A stretch of DNA of 64,000 bases from Paraspadella gotoi (lineage: Eukaryota; Animalia; Chaetognatha), in assembly GCA_051294375.1 (NCBI GenBank), contig CM119268.1:9928370-9992369 (forward strand), written 5' to 3'. The notes below the pieces were generated by a model. That model had not been told where the DNA came from and made no database searches. It saw only the letters and a list, made by a program, of their open reading frames with translations. Each line of letters starts with the position of its first letter. The first letter of the stretch is position 1. A program made the position numbers and the translations under genes. This document shows, piece by piece, positions 36,997-47,800 of the stretch.

Positions 36997-38435
36997 TCAA
37001 TGCCTCGAAGATAGAGCCCATTCATCATCTACTATGGGAATAGCAAATTCAAATTGGCCCGTCTCCCGAACCGAGTCTGCCGGCGCTGCGCTTTTGTTTT
37101 CGGGTGGTCTTTCCGACGAAACGAAACCATGTACTTTTTTTGTCTCTTTCTTTAATCGAGCCCGCTTTCGCCAAGAGATCCAAAAGCGCTCCGAGGTGTT
37201 CTTGGCGCCGTGTTGCTGCCGCAGCGCCCAAACGTCTTCGGGGACCAGAGGCCCTTTGAAGCCGCGAACCATCAAAGACGCCGTCCAATGAAACGTTAGT
37301 ATGGAGACGGAGGACGCTGCGGCCTCTGGGCAGAGCGGACGTGGAGAGGACAAGTCGGCGTCGCTACGCGGGTCGACGGCGTCGACGGTTACGCTCTTTT
37401 CCGCGAAGCAGTGAAGGAAGAAGTTTACAACGACGAGGAACGAGACGGCGGCGAAAGATGAGGACCGCGCGAGTCCGCGAGACAAATCGACGGCGTCGCG
37501 AATTAGAACGACGGCGGTTAACAAAGACGACAGCGAAGACGAGAACCAAAAAAAAGTTTGAGAAGCGGAGGTCACGACGCCGTGGCGTCGGTGACAGTGA
37601 AAGTTAGTCGCTAAGAAATACAAGTAATACGTTGAAAATCGTTTGAGTGGAAAAGAGAAGTTTAACCGCTGAAGCCTCTTACTGGCTAAACTGACGGCGA
37701 CGAGGAAAGCGATTGACGATACGATTTGCACCACTCCGTCTCCCTCATCGAGAGCGATGGCGAATACGGCGAAGACGACACCGGCAGCCAGAGCGAAAGC
37801 AAAAAAGGTCCACTTTGTAATCGTTAACCCCGTTCGTACAAGCGAGGCTGGAATAATAGTTTTTACAATAGTTGTTACGAGAACAATGATGATTGATCAA
37901 GACTCGTCTAAATTAGGCTACTGTAATGATGGTGATCGAATCGAGAGGTCACATCCTGTCGTCGATCCGAAATAAAAAACCCTACTAATTTTTATAGTAG
38001 CTACTACTAGTACTACTACTACTACTACTACTACTATCTTCTAATAACGAAATTATTTCATAAACAAACGGAAAAAAAATCGATACTTATATCTGTGGAT
38101 ATTCACCTTCAGTGAAGGTGTCATGCTTATAGACGGGGTGAACGTTTGCAATGCCCTACTACATATCTCTATTTCTATAACCCATAATAAAGAGGTAAAC
38201 AATTAGAGAAAAACGAGAACGTTAGTGGAATGGAAAACTCACGTTCTCGCTGTCTCGTGACGAAGCCTATGGCGAAGAGGAAGACGAAGACGCTGACGCA
38301 AGAGGTCACGAGAAAGACTGTCAAGCTGAAACAGGGGGAGAGTACTGGTCGGCGCGTGTCCCACACAAGGGACCGGTTCCACAAAGGACCGTCGTCGCCG
38401 CATAGGTTTTCCGCTTTTACCACGCCGTCTGGCAT
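36997..38435 (-). CDS. ABCC/MRP-type TMD0 + L0 (lasso) module without ABC core; about 323 aa alone, or 5' part of a fusion with SLC22
   Basis: Exons 38435-38243, 37847-37683 and 37610-36997 give LCGDDGPLWNRSLVWDTRRPVLSPCFSLTV, RRHGVVTSASQTFFW, LHCFAEK and CPEAAASSVSILTFHWTASLMVRGFKGPLVPEDVWAL, all MRP1-like. Confidence 0.8.
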
Positions 38436-38813
38436 GGAACCAATGGAGGATCGAGAGAGGGGGATAGGCTCTAGCGAGCTTTTATCGATGCGCAAACGCC
38501 GGAGCGATTGCCTTCATAGTCCTCTCCCACCCTAACTTGGTTGCGTTGATTGTAGTAGAGTACAGAATGTTTACGAAATAAGGCGAACCCTTTAATAATA
38601 ATAAAATAGTAATAGAATAGTACAACAGCGGCACAACAAAAAGTATTACAATTATAAGCTCCATAAAAATAGCAGATCATGTCATAATCAATAAATACAA
38701 TTTCGTGTAAAAAGTGAAGCGAATTGATTGAACACAAAAATAAAACAATTAACCGACAAGACGAAAAGAATCCGAATATAGTAAGAAAAATTTAAAATAA
38801 AATGATTGACGTG

Positions 38814-41800
38814 TCATTTGTTTTTCGCCGACGGGGAATCGATGAGCAGCTTGGCGCCGTTGATCCCTCTAACAGTTACTTTGGAAGGACGGACAAAAAC
38901 GCCATGATTGGCTTTACAGCGAAAATATCGGCGGTCTCCAACAGATCCGTCGTTCCGTCCTGAAAGCAAACCGACTTATAAAACTATACAAATTCAACCA
39001 GCGTTTGCAAAATTAAAGCAAATTAACTTACCCTGAGCAGTCCGTAATTCAATGCCCAACCAAATGCCATCCTCGAAATGCGTGTTACCAATAAAGCGCA
39101 CGATTCCTTCAACATAAAAAAAAATTAAAGTCAATTTTTAAAATTTCAAAATTTCTTCATCTTCAGGAGTAAACCAACGACTAACCAATCTGGTCATTGT
39201 AAAAAACGTTGACTCCCTCAGAGAGTTTGGCGATCTTGGTTTTGTCCGCCTGCTTGACGAACTTGTTGAGTGCCTCCTTTTTGCCTCCAGCGGAGGCCGT
39301 CGACTTTGTCGAAGCCCAGCTTTTCGTCGATCCCACGCTGGAGAGGCTGCTCTGTGAACCGCCTTGAGAGGCCCCGCCCCACGACAGGCGGGATGATCGA
39401 TCTCGCGATATGCGACCTTTAATTTAGGTTGAGAATAGAAAATATATTAGCCTTCTCCAGCAAGTTAGTAAAACTGATTAAAAAATCTTAAAAGTATAGT
39501 GATCTCGCCTTATGTTACTATCAAAGAAAAAATCCGGAAAAAAAATTAATGATTGATGCGATAACGAATTATTGATGTAATAGTAATTGATTGATTGATG
39601 TAATAATAATTGATATGTAGTCTTTGTACTAACTCCTAGTATTATCTGACGAATCTAATAGATACTAGATAGTATCTATTATAGCCTAAATATATAAATA
39701 AGGGCTCATAAATATTCATTATAATTATAATAATCAAGGTATTGTGATATAAATCCTTTCTTTTCGTTGTTTGAGAGAATTAGAGACAGTTTGAGTTCAG
39801 TTTTAACATAACATTCAGCATTAACGCTGATGAAGGCTTGAAATAAAGTCAAAACATGTATGTTTTACATTAAAACAAAATCGTTGTCAAAACTGAACTC
39901 AAATGTCTCTAATAATCAAGATAAAACAATATTAAAAAGAAAACGGGGAAAAGGTTATCACCTCAATGCAGCCACGGTTGAACTAATCTTACAAAGCGAT
40001 CAAAAACCGAGGCACAAATTGTTTATTTTATAATGACTGAAAAAAAGGTCGGGAGAAAAGCACGGAACCGACATTTACTTTGGTTGCACCTCAATATTCT
40101 GACAGATTGATTGATGTAATAGTAATTGATTGATTGATGTAATAATAATTGATTCATTGATATAATAATAATTTAATGATGCAATGATAACCAATTATTG
40201 ATGCGATGATAACCAAATATTGAAACAATGATAGCCAATAATTGATACGATGATAACCAATAATTGATGCGATAATAATCATTTATTGATACGATGATAA
40301 TCATTCATTGATGCGATGATAATCATTCATCATAAATAAAAAATGCGTGTATGAGAGAGAGAGAGAAAAAAAAAAAGACAGAGAAGCTGGACAGCCGCTG
40401 CAGAGGGGAACTCGTTTTTAAACGAATCAGAAGAAGCAGCAACGGAAAAAAAGAGAGAGCGACATATAATTAAAAAAGAGAGAAAGAAATGAAGAGAAGT
40501 TGGACAGCCTTTTACATACTTTTACAATTTGTGATGGTAAAGAAACGTGACGACGACGACGATTACGGTCACAAAGAAGAAGAGGCGATACTTAATCTCG
40601 CCCAAGTCGGGCTTTAGCCCGTCTGGCGAGATAAAAATCAGCATAGTTTACTATCTATAATATGTAGTATACTTATTATTTATAGATAAACTCCAGCAGC
40701 CACCTTAACTCAGCGAAATTTATCGATGAAAAATTAAAATATTGTGCGCATTATGGTGCTCAAAAAAACCAACCCGTCTTGAAATAGATTTAGGTGTGTA
40801 TAAAAAAAACAAGATTCTCACTGGATTTTCTGATGTCCGCGCGACTCCTGCGGCCAGAAGATGTCCCGCTATCGACTGCCGCGTTGAGCGACTCGACGGA
40901 AGAGCTTCGACTTACGGAGCGGGCGACTCGTTGGACTCGACTAGGAGGCGCGAAGACCCCTCTATTGGCGCCGCACGAAAAATAGAAGACGCCATTGATT
41001 GATCCGTCGTTCCGGCCGACGGGGTCGTCGAGTTCGATGCCCAGCCAAAAGCCTTACCAAGGAAGCGCGGTTGACACGAGTTACCTCTTTTATCATTGTA
41101 ACGTTCTTAATGCGTAGGTTTTACCTTCGGCGAATTGAGTTTCTCCCGCAAATCTGACGGTTCCCCGCCTTTGGCCGGCGACGGTTACCCGGTCGCCTAC
41201 GCGAGGAACATCGTCCTCGATCCGACGGAGTGGCGCCTCGTCACGCGCGCGGGATGAGCTTCGCGTGGAAGCGGCGCTTCCTGGACGCACGCGAGACGCC
41301 GAGACCGATCGAGCCCGTGAGGAGGCTAGGAATAAAGATTGCCGATTGTACTTGTCAGTTAATTGCCAGTTTAGTCTTAGTCGTTCATTGATAATCTTAC
41401 TTCTGGGAGGACGAGCGTTGATCTCAGGGACGCAGAATGATCCCCGCCGACTGATAGTCGTGGGCGTCCGTCCTGTCAATATCAATATCATCGTTTGGAC
41501 ATGGTTTGTTAATGCACAGCTCTCGTTTTTTAAAACCTGAGGGCGTTGCGTATTCGCTGTGGCCTCGAGGGGTTGTGCTTCGACTCCATGATGAACTGTA
41601 ACAAGAATAAAAATATTAAAAGTATAGTGATCTTGTCAGAAACTTAATTAAAAAAAAATGAATGATTGATTCGATAACAAATTATTGATGTAATAATAAT
41701 TGATTGATTAATGTAATAGTAATTGATTGATTGATGTAATAGTAATTGATTGATTGATGTAATAATAATTGATAGATTGATGTTATAGTAATTGATTGAT

Positions 41801-44800
41801 GTAATAATAATTGATTGATGTAATAGTAATTGATTGATTGATGTAATAGTAATTGAAAAATTAATGCAATAATAATTGATAGATTGATGTAATAGTAATT
41901 GTTTGAAAGAGAGAAAAAGAAAAAGCCCCTGCAAAGCCAGCTGCAGACTCGTCTTTTTTTCCGATGAAACGCCGCCGCCGACGACGACAACGACGACGCC
42001 ACTTATGTGCAAAAGCGTCGCAAACGCAAAGCGATTGCGACGATAAAAAAAAATCGTCCTCGCGCGTGTCCCAGGCGTCGCCTGTTTTAAGTTGCGCTAC
42101 GGGTACTCGTAGTGTATCTCTTCTCTAATTTTCGGTCGGTCAGTCGGTCCATAAGTTTATCCAACTTACGTTTTGTTTATTTGTTGTTTATTTGTTTATA
42201 TTAATAATACTACATCGATTAAGGTTATATTTGTCAGGAAAGTCAGGTACCATCTGTATCAATAATATAAGTGATAAAGAAGTCACTGCGTCGCAACACA
42301 TTGGAATTACCATTCTTGTTAAAAATGTTAAGCCGGTTTTACCCAATATTTGAAATATCTAGCAAGAGTTTTTTAAACTCGTACGAATCGTTTACTAAAG
42401 CGAATAAGCAAAAAAACAAATATAAAAAAAAAAAAAAAAAAAAAAACAAATATAACTTACCTTTTCTCTACAGAGCTCAAAACCTTGACTTTACCGACGG
42501 GAACAAAGATTCCAAACTTTTCCTTTTGAAATACAGAAGAAGTAGTAAAGAAAAGAAGAAAAATTTAAGTTGACATTTTAAGATCGGCATTTAAATTGGT
42601 AGACATTGTATAGTATTAAAATGTTATTATTTCGTTTTTAAATTTTAACTTAAAATTAACCTGACACACGAAATAGGCAATTCCATTAACGCTCCCGTCG
42701 TTCCTTCCAACAGGCTTTTCTAATTCGATTCCTGCCCAAGTGCCATCAGCAAATTCAGTCGTTCCACAATACCTTCGCAAATAATATCAAAGTGGTTGAA
42801 AATTAGGGTCAAATTCAAAACAATTTCCAATGTTCAATAATTCTATGAATTGATTTAATTTCGTTCTTATACAGTTATACATATTACATAAGGAGTATTG
42901 TACCTTAAAATACCACTTTTTTGTCCCCCAAGCGTGACTTTGTCCCCAATATTAAGTCCGAGAGATTGAAGAATCACTTGTCCTTGAATATCATGGATGG
43001 CTTCCTACAGAAATAAAATCGCCGTGAAATGAAATGAAATAAAATTCAAATTTAAAATTTTGTGCTTTCGGTGATTTTAGTGATATTAAAATTTTAAATG
43101 TTACTTGACGCCTGGGCAAAGCAGAGGTGGAAAATGACGTCTTGAGTCTTGGCGACGGAGCTAAAGAATTGGAAGCGGAATCTGTGAAAATGGATGGTTT
43201 CGTCGGAGAAGGTGATTCCGACTCCTTTAACAGTTTTCTGTTGAGCGAAAATGACAATGATTTTTCGTTATATAGGCAATAATACATTTAAAGCGCTAAC
43301 TGTTACAACGAATTTACCAAAAAAAATTGTATTTAATTATTTTTAACTAATTAGAAGGAATGCGGATAGATATTAAATATTGGCCAATCATATAATAAAG
43401 GGTTAAAGGGATTTTAATCCGTGAAGTTTTCGACGAACGATTTCTCTTTAGACCAATGATTCTAGTTGTGGGCGATAAACATTAAACCACCAAAAACCGT
43501 TTCATTATTATGATTTTAATAATATACGAGATGACATACAAAGTGAAACTACCTTCGCTTAAAGAAGCAATTTAAAAAAGTTCGTTAGGTCGTCAAGGTC
43601 AGGATAAAGTATTTTTCCAGCCCAAACGAGAATGCTTCCAATAACAACGCCTAGTCCAGAGCACAATTCCAAGAATGAGGGATAAAACTTCGGAAGTAAA
43701 ACGCAACGGAAACTTGAGTGCCCAGAAAACGTCTGCATTAGATTCGAAATCGTCGCAAAGTGTTTTGGGATATGATAGCTCGGAGACGCGCGACGCGACT
43801 ACGGCGTCTGCGCCGCGGACTTTGGATCCAGTGAAGTCGAGAACTCTCTCCTTCAAAGTCGTTCGAAAGAAGCGGAAAACCGGATCCGAGTTAAAAGCCG
43901 ACTCTTCTAAAATCGACGGTGAAGTCAGTCGCGAAAACAAAAACTCTTCGCTGAACAATGAGATTCATAAGGATGACCGGACGACAAAGCCGGAAATCTC
44001 GACGAATTCGAGACTAGTCGAGAACGTTTCCGTTGAAATCGCTAATAAATCCAGGTTTCTAAATTTTTAGACCAAAAAGAATTCGATTGATAGAAACTGA
44101 AGAAACTGACAAAGGAGCCATTTTCGAATATAAAATATTTGAAAATTAAACTAGACTTTCTCAATTCATAAAAATTTAAGCCAATATTTTTCATGGTAAG
44201 TAAAATCTCTTGAAAACGATCAAATCTACAGTAATGCGCCACAAAGAAAAGGAGACGGGGTTGCCGGGAGTCGAGCCGAAGAAGAAGAAAAATATTTAAA
44301 AGACGATGGTAAGATTCGTAAGGTTAGAGAATTTTTTTCTTTCCCACTAAAAATTGTATAAAATGTTTAATTACAGATGAGCCTCAATTTTATAGACGTG
44401 AAGAATCGGACCAAGAGACACTGAAAGAAAAGAAAGTAAACTAACTATGATTTAACAAAATAATATAAGAACTAAGAAGTCAAAATAATGTCTCAAATTT
44501 TCAAAAGGTAGAAGAGGACGTACAAGCTGGCTGTTGTAAAATTCATAAAAGTAATCGCAACTGCCGAGGAATCACGATGCTCGTCTTTCAAGTCATCCTA
44601 AATCTTGCAGGAATGGCTAGCTTTGGCTGGATTATGTCCCTCTATGTGGTAAATTACTTCAAAACAAATATAGTTTAAATTTATTTTTATTGATAAAATA
44701 CCTTAATAATTTTTTTTATTATAATTCCAACCTCCAAGATTATAGTAGTATTAATGTTTTAAATTTTTCTTATTCAGACACAAGCCAAATGAAACTGGGC

Positions 44801-47800
44801 GAACCGTTTAAGTTTTTGTCAGAATAGTACCGTGATTTTTTGTAAATCAATGGAATGAAAACCTAATGATATTAGACGTATTCATTATTTCGGCCAAGTA
44901 AAATTTCGTTCGTATTTCTGTTTATAATTTATTCGTGGATTGTCATTCTACTGTGTTTAATATATAGAGAACAGACTGTAGTGATGATTGCAGATAATTT
45001 ATTTACTGGCACCAATGGCCAAAGATGGAAAACTCATGTCTTCCTAAAATTAATTAAAATTTGAAAAAACAAAGCTAATATAATAATAATAATAATAATG
45101 TGGTTTAAAATCTACCAATCAATTATTTAGATGGTTGTTTCCCTTTCCTTATCGTCACAGTTATCGACTAAGAATATTTTTACCTCTTTATTGTTCTAGT
45201 TCTAACCAACACAACGGCGTACCTTCTGCTAAACATGACTCAAAAGGTCAGCCGAACTGCTACGCCTACGCACTTTTCCCCAATAACACAAACCAAATAT
45301 CAGGGATCAGAGACGGTCGCTGCCTCGTAATTGCGGCAGGGTAACTCGCCTATAGCATAAGCCCGTTTACTCATTACTCATTACATTAGCAACAAAATAG
45401 GAGCTGACGTCGTTCTTAGAGATTGAGAAAGATTTTTTAAAAGGAGATTTTTTGTTCAAATCTGACTACCAAACAATATAAACGCTCCTGAGAAAAATTC
45501 CGGTAAAAAATAGATGTAAAAACACTAGATTCCAATCCTGTTGCATCCGAAGGGCTCGCATTTTTTTCTCTTGTCATATAACCATCATTTTGACATCAAA
45601 CTATCAGATTTAAATGGACTGGTCCACTCAGAAAAAAATTTTTGACACAATTTTTATATATAAAATAAAGGGATTTCTCAATTTCAATACAATGTAAACG
45701 CATTTAACATATGTTGTGATTTTACAATAAATAAACTTCGAATTCAGGAATCCGATAGCCATATGTCTGAAGGGCTCTCAAAAGTTTTCTTTATATTTTA
45801 TTTGGTTATTTTAATATGATGCGATCATAGTAAAGTGAATTAGTCCATTTTGGTGAAATTTTTATTTAAAGTAAAAGTAAAAGAGGAGCTAACGATCGGA
45901 ATTCTAAGAGTTTTCAACCGGGAGTCAGATTCGGGAAAAATCTTTTATGGCGAAAATCTTCCAAGGGGATGGATTTTCCAAAGATTTTGGTTAACATTTT
46001 CTATATTTATGGTCGGATTTTTTTTAAACTTACCAATAGCAATATTGTCATCATTCTACATTGGCCGGTAAAAGAATATATTAAAAAAACCTCTGGCTTT
46101 TTTCGTCAGAGCTTAGTCCTAAACAAAAGTATTTTTTCTCCATAAAAATAAACTAAATAAGCAATTTAGAATAAGTAATATAAAATAAGTAATGAAGTAT
46201 TTCTTTAAAATATAGTTTTTGATTCAATTATGGCAACAGCAGGGTTGTCTGTGATGTCTGTTGATGCCCATTGTTGGCTTTGGGGGCTTCCGATACTCAG
46301 TGACGCCTCCTGTCACTGGCGCGGTTACCCTAGGAGGGTCTCGCTTTGCCAGCGCAGAGGGAAGTCGACTGTGGATGGAACGCAGCGCTTGGGATGGTAC
46401 GTTCCCCATCTGAGCCAATGGGATTGGCTGAACGATGGTGGATGTGAGACGGTGTGAATATACCGCCACACAATATCATTTACTGAACTGTATTGTTTAC
46501 CTCATCTCAGGAATAAGTAGTTTTAATGATTCGTCGGTATTGGAACACTCTTCATTGGGAACGCAATCAATGGGAAGCCTTTGTAGAAAGTCCTAGGCAG
46601 TGTGAAAAAGTATTGTTTAGGTACAAAGACCTATTAAATCATACTTAATCATACTGAATCAAACGTACGCGAGAAAGAACGTTACCACCGTATGTGATAA
46701 GAATTTTGGCTGCGTTAACCGAGCAGTTGGCGGCTGCAATGTGTAGCGGCGTCCCACCTTGGAAGTCCAAACAAGGGAGGTTTACGTCATTGCCGCGAGA
46801 AGCCTAAAAAAAAGGAAAGATATATATGAAATTGGTACAACCAATATAAAAATTATCCATTCATTTAATATAATAAGCTATCTTGCCCCTGACTTTGGAC
46901 AGGCTTTGGTGGTTTAAGGCCTCCATCACTCTTACAAGATAATGAGATAGCAGGTCCCTTAGGGTGTGTCATATTCCAAAGTTGTTTGTATCTTCACGCA
47001 CATTTAGCACGACGGGGCATGGCCAAAAAAAAATAGGTTTGCACCAATCGCCATTTCAAATACGGTCCAACGCCTTTAGCAGTACCCTCTCCTGAAGGAT
47101 TTTGGCACACCTTTCACATCATCCCTCACTGTGTCTAAAGTATGAGAGATTTGATCGTCCCAACATAATTTATTAGTTAAAGAAGTCCATTAAGTTTGTT
47201 CTATTAAAATTTAGAGTCACAACTACTTCTACGGGACCCACAACAGCATCCACAAGCTGCTGCACCAGGTAGTGGCCAATACATTGCGTACCATATCTTC
47301 TTGGTTTTAGAGGTACTATAAAAATTTTCTACACAGTTTTATTCATAAATAGGTGCTCTTTCTAATTAATATACATCTTTTAAAAAAATTGGTGTGCCTA
47401 CATCCTGGAGGATAATTCCTGCACAGATTCTTTTTAAAAATAAAATCTATATACAAAATATTTATTTATATTATTTGATATAGATTTAATTAATAGAGCA
47501 TGATATAATTACTATACACGATAAATTTCATCTGATTGACCAAATACTTTTTAAGATATCCTGTTTATAAGAATTTTTTGAAAAAAAAATTTTAACACAC
47601 ACAGAAATAAAGAAATAAAAGTTATGGCATCAAAAATTGCTTTATAGTTGATAAAAACCCTCTAGGTTTATATTCCAATCATGATTTCATAAGGACCAAT
47701 CCCAGAGGGCTCTGTGGAAGCATTCTCAATTTGTTGGAGATGTGGACCAACAGTTGCAGAAAAAAATTTTTTTATCAAAATAATTTACATTCTATTATAG

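Noticed and set aside
41644-42012. Ile/Asn/Tyr-rich ORFs (also 19993-20310 and 49092-49450)
   Set aside because: Translations of the ATTGATG minisatellite.
45290-45360. Possible third small-LTR family (GGGTAACTCGCC motif)
   Set aside because: Only a short motif matches; no termini or TSD found.
46290-46370. HDV-like ribozyme in the family A LTR
   Set aside because: No consistent P1/P1.1/P2 pairing could be built.
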